Origin: Octopus sinensis
Taxonomy: Eukaryota
Direction of reading: 5' to 3'
DNA length: 64,000 bases
NCBI RefSeq assembly: GCF_006345805.1
Contig: NC_043009.1
Coordinates: forward strand, 21,328,001 to 21,392,000
The position numbers and the translations under genes were made by a program. Of this stretch, positions 24,960 through 39,056 are shown piece by piece; position 1 is the stretch's first letter, and the number at the start of each line of letters is the position of its first letter. The notes below the pieces were generated by a model, which made no database searches, was not told the DNA's origin, and saw only the letters and a list, made by a program, of their open reading frames with translations.

Positions 24960-26270
24960 TAACTTCAAAAGCCCTAATAATCATGAAATCAGTCAATTCC
25001 TTAATAGTAGCAGGTTGGACTGTTTCTGCTGTAGCTTTGATGGTCACCCATAAGACATCTTTCAACATATCGCCGAGAACAATGGGAAAACTGATGTAGG
25101 TAGCTCTTTATCTCATTTTGACTTTTGGTGGTATAGAAGAGGTTAGGGGCCAAATGGGAAAGCACATAAATTGGCTTGGCATAGGCCATTTGTTTAGTGT
25201 TGCTTAATATGTTTTGCTAAAATTGCTGTTTCATTTCAGATATCATCAGAAAAAGGTAGTTAAAATTCATTAAAATGACAGAGGTTAATTTGTTAGTGCT
25301 CATATGGCAGGCGCTAGCATAACGAAAACAGCCGAAATGTTTGGTGTATCAAGAAGTACTGTCTCAAAAGCAATGACAGCCTTTGCGAAACAGGGAAAAA
25401 CCTCCTTGTCGAAACAAAACTCCGGAAGAAAACCAAAACTTTCAGATAGGGACCGTCTGACACTTATGCGAATTGTTAGAAAGGATCACAAAAGTACAGT
25501 TCCCAAAATTGCTGCAGAGCTTAATGACCACCTCGAGAACCTAGTTTCAGCAAAAGCTATTTGCCAGGAGCTGCACAAAGCTGGATTTCATGGGAGAGCT
25601 GCAATCAGAAAACCACTACTTTCAAAAACAAACGTTGCAAAGCATTTAGAGTGGAGAAAAACCTACAGAATTGGTCCCTAGAGAAGTGGAAGTATGTTAT
25701 TTTCTTGGACATGTTATCCTTTACCTTATTCCCGACAACTAGCCGAGTGTACATGTGGAGACAGCCAAAAGAAGCATTTGATCCAGATCGCCTTCTTCCA
25801 ACTGTTAAAGATGGAGAGTCTGTGATGATTGGGGGTGGGGGCTATATCTTGAAAATCCACCAGCCCAATGGTTTCCCTTCATGATAGAATTAATAGTTAA
25901 AACTATTTAAGCAATTATCTGATCAAATTCATCTTATGGTTGTGGAACTGTTTCCTGAGGAAAACACAATCTTTCAGGATGATAATGCACCAATTCACAC
26001 AGCTAAAGTTGTTACTGTATGGTACGAAGAACATTCTAGTGAAGTTGAACATTTTATCTGGCTACCCAGTCCCCAGATCTCAATATTATTAAACATTTAT
26101 GGTGCATTTTAGAAAAACAAGTAAGGAGTCGATATCCTCCATCATCATCACTACAAGAACTGGGGACTGTTTTAGCTGAAGAATGGACAAAAATTCCTTT
26201 GGAAACAATTCAAACTTTGTACAAGTGCATATCTCATAGAATTCAAGCTGTAATTACTGCCAAAGGCCGT
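24960..26270 (+). mobile_element. Degenerate Tc1 (DD34E-type) transposon
   Basis: HTH region (SRSTVSK, GRKPKLSDRD), RKPLLSKTN, IFQDDNAPIH; frameshifted; TIRs not resolved. Confidence 0.85.
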
Positions 26271-27009
26271 CCTGCCAAGTGTAATTCTTATGTTAGTAGC
26301 AGTTTTAGTCATTTGTATTGCAGACTCTTTGAGTTGACAAGTTGCCAAGGAATAATTTAAATTATCATCCTCTTTTCTCCTGTCTGCCACTCCACTTAGA
26401 TCTGGTCTGTCTGTCTCTCTCTCTCTGCAGCTCCCTCTCATTGTTCCTTCTGTCTTACTGTCATTCTTTGAATTGTCTCTCTTCTTTTTTTTTTATAAAT
26501 CAAGATCAAATTTAATTGGACAGCTTTGTGCTGATGTCATCCCTCAAAAATCCAGCAATCGTTTTATATAAAACTTTATTGCTAGATTTGCTGACATCTA
26601 CCTAAATTCGACTCATTGTTTACAATGAGTTTCTTGATAGGAAACAGCAAGTCTTGAGTAAATATTGATTCTATCGTAGAAAAAAGATAGTATTTTTATG
26701 ACTAATCTTATTTTATGTGTTGGCTTTTTTGTTTTTATTTATTTCTGGCTCTATTTTCAATATATTGCAGAGATTACATATTCTTGAAGAACTGTTTAAC
26801 ATGTTATGATTGGTAAGTTTCTGTTCACAAAACAAAAAATTGTTTTCATACTGTTTAATACATACATTTCCATACACATACACAAACTTGTATGTGTGCA
26901 TATACATACACATACAAACACATATGAATGTATCCAATATATATCCACACTATTTAAAAATAAGCAAATCTTGACAAAATTCTCATGATCATCATTATCA
27001 TTTAAACAA

Positions 27010-27695
27010 GAGGACTGATCCTCGGTGAACCCCTACTTGTACTCTAAATTCATTGCTATACTCATTGTTAAGGCAATAACAGAGGAATTTAAGACAGGCT
27101 GCCCCTGGGAGCACCTCTATGCTGATGACCTTGTTCTTATAGCTGAATTACTACCAGAACTAGAGAAGAAATTTCAAACATGGAAGCAAAGTCTAGAATC
27201 AAAGGGCCTTAGAGTTAATCTAGTAAAAACTGAATTCTTAGTAAGTAGAAAAGCAGACAAATCACAAATCCTTTCAGGTAGATGGCCCTATTCAATCTGT
27301 AGTAAAGGCATAGGTAGAAACTCCTTAAGATGTACCTTGTGTAAGCTATGGACACATAAGTGGTGCAGCAATATTAGAGGAAAATAGTCTTTGTGTGAAC
27401 GTTGCACAGGTACAATAAACACTAAAAATGTACAGAAAATAAATTCCATCAAATGCCAGTGGGGAAAACTAGAAATAGTTGATAGCTTCCATTATCTAAG
27501 TGACCAAGGGTGGATGCTCCAAGAGCATCGCTGCTAAAATAAGAATAGGTTGGACAAAGTTCAGAGGGTTCCTACCTCTGTTGGTAACAAAAGGCCTCTC
27601 TCTGAGTGAAAGGCAGATTGTATGATGGTTGTGTACGAACAGCCATGCTACATGGCAGTGAAACATGGGCTGTGATTGTCAAGGACATGCGTAGG
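27010..27695 (+). mobile_element. RTE LINE RT C-terminal fragment
   Basis: CPWEHLYADDLVLIAE, PHD-like Cys cluster, MLHGSETW. Confidence 0.85.
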
Positions 27696-30600
27696 TGTTA
27701 CTAGGACATGCTACTAGCGTTAAACAGCAACTGCAAGTACAACAGCAGCCACACATCACACCAGTGGAAGGAACCCACTTTACAACAGTGGCAATGAGAT
27801 AAAACAAATTTATGCAGAGTGAAAAAAAACATTCACACAGAGAGTTTAAACTAATTCACGTGGAAAATTAAATAATTCGACAAAAATCCTGCTGTGCAAA
27901 CTTATGAAAATCATAAAATTTGTTAGCTGGAGTAGTTGAGTTGCAACAACAACAACCCAAGGAACAACAAGGAGGAGGAGGAGAAGAAGAAGAAGAAGAA
28001 GAGGAGGAGGAGGAGGAGGAGGATTGCAGCAGCAAATGTTACAACTAATGAAGTTGATAACGAAACCAGAGAATACATTTTCACCTGACCATTTAGCAAA
28101 TTCCATAAGCGAGTTCAGATATGACCCTGAAGAAAGAGTAAACTTTGAGGCTTACATTTGAAGATTTGAACAAATTTTTGAAAAAGAATGTCAGGATGGG
28201 ATGGACAAAATGAAAACATGTTTAGTGTTGAGAAAACAAGTGACAGCAGGGCATGAGAAGTATAGTAACTTCATATTGCCAAAAGAATCATCCAACATAT
28301 AATTTCACTGATACAGTTGACATTTTGTGCAAAATGTTTAGTGAAAAGAGCTCACTGTTTAATACTAGATGGAAATGTTTAAACATAGAAAAGAATGAAG
28401 ATGAAGACTTCACTACTTACACAAGCAAAGTGAACAAAGAACAAGAGGGATTTAGGCTTGCTCCAGGTTCTTTCAAGTGTTTGATTTTTGCACAAGGATT
28501 GACAAATAAAAGGGATGCAGAAATCTGAACCAGAATGAACCAGTATTTGACATTGCAGAAACTGTTGGAAGAGTGTGACATGATATTAGAATGAAGGCAT
28601 GATATGGAAAAAATTCAGTGGAAAGAGTGTTTTCACATAAGACCTGTGCAAAAAAAGCCAAAAGACAAATAAAGTGTTGCAGGAAAAACAGAAAAAAATA
28701 TTGGGATCTAGACCCACGTATGGTGTGTGTGGGATGCACCTGGAAAAAGATTGTCTGCTTAAAAAAGCAAAATGTTTTTGCTGTGGGTTTACAGGACATA
28801 TAAAATCGTGCTGCAAAACTAGAATGATTGGAAAATGGAACAAACAAGAAAAAATAAATAGTTTGTCAGCTAGAAAAGTTGTGACTACAACAAACAGAAA
28901 ATTTGGGAATGTGGAAATTGAAACCACTAGTGTCAGAATGCAATTAGATACAGGAAGTGACATCACAATCATAAATGAAAAGACATGGGAACAAATGGGT
29001 AAACCAAAATTATGTAGCTCAAGCAAAATAGCATATGGTGTTATGGGAGGAAAATTATATTTAATGGGCAAACACATTTGTAATATAATTTCAAAGGTTG
29101 AACCAAAAAAGTAAATGTTTATGTGTTGAAAATAATCTATGAATTTATTTGGCATGACAAAATTTCCACAGATTCATTCATGACAGACATTTTTGGTTGC
29201 AAATGGACTAGACTTCTAATAATGATATACAGATCCAAAAAAGGAATCCTGACACATAGAACAAACAGACTGTAGCAGTGGGGTACCATTCTTATTTATT
29301 TACTGCCCACAAGGGGTTAAACATAGAGAGGACAAACAAGGACAGACAAAGGGATTAAGTCAATTACATTGACACCAGTGCGTAACTGGTATTTAATTTA
29401 TTGACCCTGAAAAGATGAAATGGATTAAGTCGATTATATCAATCCCAGTGCGTAACTGGTACTTAATTTATCGACCCCGAAAGGATGAAAGGCAAAGTCG
29501 ACCTCAGCGGAATTTGAACTCAGAACATAACGGCAGACGAAATACCGCTAAGCATTTCACCAGGCATGCTAATGTTTCTGCTAGCTCATCACGAGTGGGG
29601 TACCATTCTATTAAAGTATGATTATAAAATGGAATATCTGCCTTCAAAAAAGTTGGAGCATGCTGATGGTCTAGGTTAATTCCAAGAAATAATGAACCAC
29701 TGGAAGACACCATAATAGCAGTGCTAAGAGCAGAAGCGGAAACAAAAAAAAAAAGTGGTGTGGAACATTGTCTGTGAACTACTAGTAACTTTGGAAGAAA
29801 TAAAAAGAAATGCAAGAAATGACAAATTTATTAATGAGACAAAAAGAAAATTGTTCAAGAAAAGGAAGTAAAGAAAGGTCTGATGCAAAGAACTGCAACA
29901 ATGTGATGGGGTACTAATGTATGCTCAGAAGGTGGTCATACCACAGACATTACAGAAGAGAATGCTAAAAGAGTTCTGTGTGAGACACTCAGGCATCTCT
30001 AGAATGAAAGCGCTGATGCGAAGTTTCATATACTGGCCAAGCATGGGCAAGGAAGTTGAGAACCTGGTAAAAGGCTGCAGAGGATATGCGCTGGCAACAA
30101 AACTACCTACTGCAAGATGTGAACCTTGGCCAGAAGTGAAAATACCACAGTCCCGATTCCATATTGATTTTGCAGGCCAGGTAAATGAGTATTATTACTT
30201 AATAGTAGTGGGCAGCTATGCAAAATGGTCTAAGGTCACGAGGGGTAAACAAACAACCTCATATACACTAATAAACTTCTTACATGAACTGTTCACAAGA
30301 TTTGGTGAACCGAATATAATTTTTTCAATTTGTTTTGTGTGAATTTAAAAGATTCTGTGAGATGTTCTTGTTAGAACATAAAACTATAGCTTCGTATCAC
30401 AGTAGATCGAATGGAAGGGTTGAACAGTTCATGGACACTTTTAAGAGAGCTTTAATGAAAGCTAATAAAGAAGCCACAGATGAGGTCATGATCCAACAAT
30501 TCTTATAGGTATACAAGGTAACTCTAGACCCAAATGCACCAGAAGGAAGTTCACCAGCACAATTAGTGTTTGCCAGAAAGGTGAAGTCAGTATTCGATAA

Positions 30601-30720
30601 AATGTTACCAGTGAAGAAAAAAATACATGCTAGTAAAGACATGCCAAAATTCTTTAGAATTGGTGATAAGGTGTATGTAAGAATGTATAAAACAAGTGAG
30701 TGTAGCAGTTGAGATAACCA
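27696..30720 (+). mobile_element. Old degenerate Gypsy element with RT deleted
   Basis: Short TG..CA segment 27696-27787 followed by TGGCAATGAG PBS-like motif; gag (FRYDPE, SLFNTRWKCL), Cys knuckle, QLDTGSD protease, RNase H end (WGTILL..ADGL), integrase (YWPSM, HIDFAG); no 3' LTR seen. Confidence 0.8.
29293..29593 (-). mobile_element. tRNA-derived SINE (third family) inserted in the Gypsy
   Basis: 16-bp TSD AGTGGGGTACCATTCT at 29277-29292 and 29594-29609; GAGTTCAAATTCC B-box; internal ~60-bp tandem duplication. Confidence 0.85.
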
Positions 30721-30899
30721 CAACATTTTCTACAAACTTTTCCAGGGATGCATATAAATACATACTGAATTTACTAAGGTATAAGTGGCATCTCATATTT
30801 TGCATAGAAAAGTTTATATAAACTATTTATAATAGAACTTTACATGGATCTGAATGCTTTTCATATGGTACATGTCTGCTGTTCATATTGAACACATTC

Positions 30900-33800
30900 A
30901 TTTCATCATTATCATCATCATTGTTTAACATCCGTTTTCCATGCTGACATGAGTTGGATGGTTTGACTGGGAACTGGCTAGCCAGTAGGCTGCACTAGGC
31001 TCCAATCTGATCTGGCAAGGTTTCTACAGCTGGATGCCCTTCCTAATGCCAGCCATTCCAAGAGTGAGGGGAGACTGGCATTGACCATGTTTGGATGGTG
31101 CTTTTTATGTGCTACCAGCATGGGGAGCCAGTTAGGCAGCACTGGCATTGGCCCATGCTTGAATGGTGCTTATTACATGCCAGCAGCATGAGTGCCAGTC
31201 AGGTGACACTAGCAACAGCCACAACTAAAATTTCCATTTTGATCTTGATTTGATTTTGATTTTGATTTTACTTGACTCAATAGGTCTTCTCAAGTGCAGC
31301 ATGCTATCCAATGATTCAAGGGTACTTTTAAATGGGCTGTTTATGCGACACTGATATAGGCTATGGCTGTGATCTCACTTTATTTGCCAGGTCTTCTCAA
31401 TCACAGCATATCTCCAAAGGTCTTGCTCTCTTGTCATTGCCTCTGTGAAGCCCAATGTTTGAAGGTCGTGCTTCACCACCGCATCCCATGTTTTCCTGGA
31501 TATCCCTCTTCCACTGTTAGGGTGTGACACTTCTTCACACAGCTTTCCTCATCCATATGCAGCACATGATCATACCAGTGCAGTCATCTCTCTTGCACAC
31601 CACATCTGATGCTTCAACATTTTTCTTAGGGTGCTTACACTCTGTTGTGTGTGCACATTGACATTATACATCCAGTGGATCATACTAGCTTCATTTCTTT
31701 CAAGCCTATGCATGTCCTCAACAGTCATGGCCCATGTTTCACTGCCGTGCAGCTTGGCTGTTCACACACATGCATCATACAGTCTACCTTTCACTTTGAG
31801 AGAGAGGCCCTTTGTTACCAGCTGAGGTAGGAGCTTTCTGAACTTTGCCCTAGCTATTCTTATTCTAGTGGCAACACTCTCAGAGCATCCACCCCCACTA
31901 CAGACTTGGTCACCTAGGTAGCAGGAGCTATCAACTACTTATACTTTCTCCCCCTGACATGTCATGGAATCTGTTTTCTGAACATCTTTGTGTTTATTGC
32001 TCCTGTGCATCTGCCGCACACAAAAACTATCATCCCGGTTAACCTTCCTTTGATATTGTTGCACCTCTTATGCATCCATAGCTTACACTTGGTACATCTT
32101 ATGGAGTTTCTGCCTATATATTTTCTATAGATAGAGCAGGGCCATCTACATGAAGGGCTTTGTGATTTGTCTGTCTTCCTACTTACTACTTTGGTTTTTG
32201 CTAGATTGACTCTAAGGCCCTTCAATTCTAGACATTGCTTCCACACCTGAAATTTCTTCTCTAGTTCTGGTAATATTTCAACTATGAGAGCAAGGTCATC
32301 AGTATAGAGGAGCTCCCAGTGGCAGCCTGTCTTAAATTCCTCTATTATTGCCTGGAGGACTATGATGAATAAGAGGGGTCTAAGGACTGATCCTTGGTGA
32401 ACCACTACTTCTACCCAGAATTCTTCACTGTACTCATTGCCGACCCTCTCCTTACTGACAGCATCCCTGTACAGCTCTTACTAACTACTTGTGTATCCCT
32501 GGTTTCTGTATTCCCTACCAGATAAAGGATCGACGGACCCTGTCAAAGGCTTTCTCCAAGTCAACAAAAGCTAAGTACAGAGGTTTATCTTTGGCTAGGT
32601 ATTTCTTTTGCAGTTGCCTTACCAGAAATATAGCATCAGTGATGCTTCTGCCTGGAACAAAACCAAACTGCATCTCATCTAGACTAACTCTGTCCTTAAT
32701 TAGTAGGGCTTAAACCCTCTCTGTGACCTTCATCACCTGATCCAGCAATTGGATACCCCAGTAGTTATTTCTGTCTAAAGCATCACCTTTACCTTTGTAG
32801 CAATTGAATATGGTGCTGCTACACTTGTCATTGAGTATGACTCCGTCATGAACTACCAGATTTACAATATGGGTGACTAGACCCACACAACCAGATATTT
32901 TAAGCATCTCAGCAGTGATTCCTGATGGGCTGGGGGCTTTCCCTGACTTCATATTCTTAATTGCTTTATTTACCAGAGTTTTGTTGATTCAGTTAGCTAG
33001 TCCCTCAATTGAGTCAACATTCAGCAGACTCTCCACTTCCCATGCATTCTCCACATTCACCAGTCTTTTTTAATGGCATCTCCAAGTCTCTTTCTTTACA
33101 GAATCATTAAATGTAAGTGCACCATCATCCATGCAGACATATTTCTCTCCTGTGACATCACAATTTTCTCTCTCACACTGTCTTGCAATCCGAAATACTT
33201 CAGTTCTTTGGTCCTCACATCACTGAACATTGGTAAACTTATTTTCTGCTTCTCTCTTGGCTAGATATACCCATCTCCTAGCCTCCCTTCTGGCTATCTG
33301 GTACAGTTCCCTGCTGCCCCCACTCTTCCAGGTTTTCCAGGCTTGTTTCTTTGTTTTAATGGCCCTTTCTACAGTATTATTCCCCTACCACATTACTCTA
33401 GGTCTGGAAGGGACTTTTCACCATCCGCAGGTTTGGTCTGTGGCACTCAGCAAGCTGTTATGCAGGAATTTCCAGTTATCCTCTTTGTCACAAATATGTA
33501 GCTCCTCCTCCCCCTCATCAAATTTTTCAATGAGGATGTCCCTAAATCTCAGATTATGTGAAGAATTCTTAAGCTTCCAAATCCTTTTCTGGATTGGTCT
33601 GCTTCTTGGCATCCTTCTGGCCTGGAGTCTAAAGTCACTAATGACTAGTCTATGCTAGGAAGGGCACATTCTTCACCAGGCAAGGTCTTTCTGTTTAAGA
33701 GCAACCATGCATCCCGCTGTCTGGTGAGGATAAAATCAATCTGGCTAGCAGAGTCACCTGATTGATAGGTTATTATGTGGTTGGCTGGCTGGCTTCCTGA

Positions 33801-34140
33801 AGTTGGTGTTACAGATCAATAGGTTGCTTGCATCACAGAACTCCAATAGCCTAGTTCCCCCTTCATTTCCGGAACCAATTCCATGGCCCCCATGAACACC
33901 ATGGAAGATACCAGATTGTCGTCTAATATGCCCATTAAAATTTCCAGCCAAAAAGATACCAGATTGTCGTCTGATATGCCCATTAAAATTTCCAGCCACA
34001 AAGATGAGGTCATTGTCACTCGTCTTTGAGGTAGCCTGTAGAAGAATATCATAAAGGTGGTTCTTCTGATTATTTGGTAGGCCCGCTTGTGCAGCATAGG
34101 CAGAGATACTAATATTCTACAATGTTCAGGTTCCACTTCT
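30900..34140 (-). mobile_element. Older degenerate RTE LINE (APE-RT-3'UTR-(GAT)n tail)
   Basis: GNFNGH, KSGKAPSPSG, ELLYTDDL, PHD-like cluster; 48-bp tandem duplication at ~33905-34000. Confidence 0.9.
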
Positions 34141-36899
34141 GGAATAGTCCTGCTGTTACACATGCAAACATTGTAGATTACATGCTGAGGAAATTCACTT
34201 GACTCATTAGCATAAAATCACTTATTGATACACTCCAGCTTTTCACAAATGTGCAACTTCCAATGATTGAAGTGGAGTGTTGACTGCATCAGTTTTATCA
34301 GTGTCAGAGGTTCTGCAAGGGCCAAATGTGCTGCCTTTTCATCCTGACCGAGCTAATAATTAAAAAAGAAGTAAATCTTATAGGATGTATGTGCTTTTAT
34401 ACTTTAAGTCTGTATAAATTTCTGTGCATCTGACATACAAATACATATGTAATTTATGTTCCATATTTTACTGAGTAACTGAGCTAGAAAGTAAAGTGAA
34501 ATAATTTCTTTTAAAGTTCTACACTATGATAGTTATAGTTGCAGCTGGCATTGAGTTTCAGTCATGTAGTTTACATTCATTTTCTTTGAGTGAACTTTAG
34601 ATAGCCTCCTTTATCTGGAGTAGTATAACTGTTCTGTATGAAGATTATCTAAGCAGATTGTAGAGGCTTTTGTGACACACTAATTGTTGCCACTATGTCT
34701 GCTGAGATTGCAACTGGTAAAATTGTGATGACTGAGAACACTGCTTCCATAGGCTTTAACAACCTTCAACTAATTTATACACCCTGTAACCACTGCTATG
34801 ATGGTGACTGGTAAGACTGCAATGGCCAGTTACTCTACTACTACTCTGGACTATATTAATTCTACTGCCCACTCAACAAAACACTACGAGTTAATTTTCT
34901 CTGTAATGATTTAATGATGCTAGTTAATATATCATTGATCTAAGTCTCTGAATTGTTAGAAAAAGGTAGGCTTGGTTGATGACACTAGTTTGTCTGGGTA
35001 AATTAACAAAATACTGCAACAGTTGATTAGCCCCAAAAAGTGATGATTCAGGCTGTTGCTGCTTCTTGCTGTTGGTCGTAAAAGTTATTACTACTGTTAA
35101 TGAAGTAGAGACTCTAGCTGATTAGTTGACAAGTAACAGTCAATCTTTGAGAATCATTTAGAGAGGAATGTGAGAGTGAAGAGAGAGTTGCTGCCTTCGA
35201 AGAAATTTTCTTAAATTTAAGTGAGAGTAGTGAATTATGACCCAAAGCAATTGGTTCACTTTCAGCCTGCATTTGTAAGCCAAGTTACACGACTAAGTGG
35301 GTGGTGGGGTACTTATTTTGGGTTGTAAAGATAATCTGGAATCTATGTGATTACCTGATTGAATCCTATTGGAAAGTTTTATGGTGATTTTTTGTTTGTT
35401 TATATGGTTGTTTTTAATATCCATCTTCTCATACTTGATTTCTGTAAAACTTCCCACTGTTTTTGCAATTTGTCTTTGTTCCCTCATCCATCACTTATGG
35501 CAAATAAAGAAACAATTATTATCATTTTTTTTTTTGCAGTTGGGGTATTAAAATTTGGCAGGATTGTCACCATTACAAATTGAGTGACATATTATATTGT
35601 TGTGGTTCCTTGGTAAGTTTACTGTTATGCATCTGTTTTCCTTTGTTACCTTGAACCAAAGTTGACCTGATAAAAATAGCAGCAAATTACCTTCATATCA
35701 TACTCTATCAGCTGAAAAGAAAGACATTGAATAGGGTAGTCCTAGATATGTTATGCCTGAATACAAAAAAGTCAGACACTTACAGCTGGAAGGCCTTTCA
35801 TCATATGTCTGGTAATCAAAGATGGCTTCGCGCTAATCAACACATGGTTTTCTCTATCAGTATAATCAGGTTCATCAAAGAGAAGCTTGTATATTGTCCC
35901 TTTATTTGCTAGAAATTGTAGTCAAATCTTCTTTAGATCTTATGGCTTTCTAAAATAAGACAAAGACACATTAGAAATGTTGTCTTACACCCTTCTTTAA
36001 AGCTCACAGTCAGAATACCTTTGTTCATTGATCTTCTTGATCAGTAGTTGAAAAGTAAGAACTACTATAAGGTACCAATGACAGTATGTGAACTGAGAAT
36101 GAGAAGGCTTTCTCTAGAGACAAAGGAATCATTATAGTTATAATAATGATAATAGTGTTATTAAGGCAGTAGAGTGAATAGATGAAATGACAGGAATATA
36201 TTAACAAAAAGTGACATGAATACTAATTTTTTTAAATTTTACTATCTAGGCCCATGAAGTACTTTTGCTTGTTTTTAGTTAATGAGTCTAAGGTGGGGAG
36301 AGTGTTGCTCATAGCTATTCTAGGCCCTCCATGACTGATGAGGTGGATGATGCTGATGTTAATTCAGCTTAATACTATCCAAACGAGGAAGTCTCTACTT
36401 ATTTGGTTCACTTGCTAGAAATAGAAAATCTCCATCAAATGACAATCCACTAATTTAAAAAAGCAGCAAGGTGTTGAGGGCTGAAGAATGGTAGAGAGAC
36501 AGGAACTGATCTGTTCGTGCAGAGGAGGTGAATGGCATTGCATTAAGGTTGTTGGAAGTAGCTGGAAAGAGCAATAATGATGGTGATGATGAGGTTTCAA
36601 AGTATACTCTCAAGGTACAAGAAGGTAAGAATATGGAGAGAGGATTGAGAAGAGTCTGTTGGGTAAGGTTGCAAAGCATGTAAGAGTAGAGTGACAGATA
36701 ATTAGAAATGGGGATAGATGTAAATAGTTAATGTGGTTGGAGGTATGGTGAATGGTAGATATCAATTTGGTCGGGGGAAAATAGAAGAAATAGGAGTGGC
36801 TCAGAAAGGGTGGAGAGTAGCACAACAATAAAACAGTAGAAAGATAAGAAATAGAATGATGATTATGTTTGCTAGATAATCAATGTTGTTTTACTTCAG

Positions 36900-37036
36900 G
36901 AAATCAACCCTAATACCAATATGTGCTACAAACCTTCAATTATTGGAATATCCGACAAAAACACACTAGTCCGTGTATGTGCTGAGACAGGAAGGATGTT
37001 TAATAAAGTATTTTTATCGGGGAAACTTCATTTCAG
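36900..37036 (+). CDS. DCAF17: DCAF17-like internal exon (EINPNTNMCYKPSIIGISDKNTLVRVCAETGRMFNKVFLSGKLHF-R)
   Basis: TTACTTCAG acceptor, CAG|GTGAGT donor, 137 nt, phase 0 to 2; ungapped match to recalled human GDILPNSSDYKSSLIALTAHNWLLRISATTGKILEKIYLAPYCKFR (14/46 identical). Confidence 0.75.
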
Positions 37037-37132
37037 GTGAGTTTTCATATTTTTCTTATATTTCCTTCAGGACATAGTGGTTGCCACAGTCTATTTTCTT
37101 CTTTTTTTTTTTCCAAATGATTTTGTCTTTAG

Positions 37133-37208
37133 GACCTCTGAGATTTGGAGAAAAAAGAGAGGCACTTATCCTCAGCGTAGAGACTTTGGTTTGAATGCAG
37201 GCAACATA
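37133..37208 (+). CDS. Possible next DCAF17-like exon, frame ambiguous
   Basis: Strong acceptor TTTGTCTTTAG; open phase 2 to 0 up to ATA|GTGAAT, but the DCAF17-like peptide (LRFGEKREALILSV) lies one base out of frame. Confidence 0.25.
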
Positions 37209-37529
37209 GTGAATTCCACTAAAGGTATCGAGGACTGTCATTCATGAACAAGAATAGCCCTTCTGATTGACTTCCACTCAGTTTCCATCTCCCTAATTGC
37301 ATTCACTCTATTACCTTCCAAACAAAAGAAAATATTGATAAGATATGCAATGCCCAAGAGAAGACATGATCATCATAGCTGCGATGCCTTTAATCAAAAA
37401 TTTGTTCAGACAGACTGAACAAGGGCTAAAGAACAACAACAAAGTGATTATAGGAAGCAGTCTCAAAGAGAAGTATATATATATATACATATATACATAC
37501 ATATATGTATGTATGTGTGTGTGTATGTA

Positions 37530-37740
37530 TCATTGCATCATCATTGTTTTAATGTCCGCTTTCCATGCTGGCATGGGTGGGACAGTTTGACTAAGGCTGG
37601 CAAGCTGGAAGGCTGCACCAGATTCCAGTCTGATTTGGCATGGTTTCTATGGCTGGATGCCCTTCCTAACATCAACCACTCTTAGAGTGTAGTGGGTGCT
37701 TTTATGTACCACCAGCACGAGTGCCATTTGTGTGACACCA
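37530..37740 (-). mobile_element. RTE 3'-tail fragment
   Basis: Reverse complement of the RTE terminus (AAGGGCATCCAGC..GGACATTAAAACAATGATG). Confidence 0.8.
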
Positions 37741-38109
37741 GTATCTGCTAATTATGTTGATCTGACCACAGATCATTTTCTTACCTCTGACCAGTAGACA
37801 AACAAGATAAACCCAAGACTAATGGATCCGCACCCTCGTCTCTTGTTAGAAGTAGAGATAATTGGGTCACTGGATTCAATTATTCCTTCCCTCTCCTAAA
37901 AACTCTAAATACTCCTAAAAACCCTAAATTTCTCTGTTCTGATCAAGTATACACCATTCTAGTAAATCCGTTCTGAGAAATAGAAACAGTAGCAGAATCA
38001 CTGCAAATACTTTGCTCCGTGGAGTTTAAACTATGTTAAATCATTTTGAATGTCCTTTATTTTGAAGTCCATGAATTCATCTGACAAAAACAGCTTCTTT
38101 ACAATGATG

Positions 38110-38735
38110 TAGTCATCATCATCATTGTTTAATGTCTGCTTTCCATGCTGGCATGGGTTGGACGGTTTGACTGAGGGCTGGCAAGCCAGGAGGCTGCACC
38201 AGGCTCCATCCTGATCTGGCAAGGATTCTACAGTTGGATGCCCTTCCTAATGCAAACCACTCTAAGAGTGTAGTCGGTGCCTTTTACGTGCCATTGGCAA
38301 AGAGGCTGGTCAGGCAGAACTGGTATCGACCACACTTGAATAGTGCTTTTTACATGCCACCAACATGGGAGCCAGTCAGGCGGCACTGGTATCGACCACA
38401 ACTATGATTTCACTTGCCTCAACAGGTCTCAACAGTTACGATCTCACTTGGCTACAGTCTCAACTTCTACAATCTCACTTGGCTTGCCGGGTCTTCTCAA
38501 GCACAACATATCTCCAAAGGTCTCGGCCGCTTGTCATTGCCTCTGTGAGGCCCAATTTTCGATGGTCATGCTTCACCACCTTGTCCCATGTCCTCCTGGG
38601 TCTACCTCTTCCACAGGTTCCCTCCCCTTTTAGGGTCTGACACTACTTCACACTGTTGTCCTCATTCATACACATCACATGATCACACCAGTGCAGTTGT
38701 CTCTCTTGCGCACCACATCTGATGCTTCTTAAGGC
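38110..38735 (-). mobile_element. 5'-truncated RTE (RT end + 3'UTR)
   Basis: Homologous to 45900-46650. Confidence 0.8.
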
Positions 38736-39056
38736 CCTTTTCTCTATAAAATGAGGATTAGATGTGTACCAGGTTGGAAAACAAGAGTTGCTTATCTGAA
38801 CATTTTTTCTTTCTTACATCCACTTCATGATATATATATATAATATTTTTTCAATTCCTGAACATTATACTAATACATCTGTTTGTTTTGTACACCACCT
38901 GTCTTCGTCTTTTGTTTTTTTTTGTGAACTCTCCCTATATATACATACATATATATATATATATATATCATCATCATCATCATCATCATCGTTTAGCGTC
39001 CGTTTTCCATGCTAGCATAGCATTAAAGACCCGTCTTTGCCGGGTCATAGTGCTAG

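Noticed and set aside
37785-37895. Minus-strand 111-nt exon-like segment with AG/GTAAG ends and an open frame
   Set aside because: No recognisable protein and no partner exons; plausible by chance
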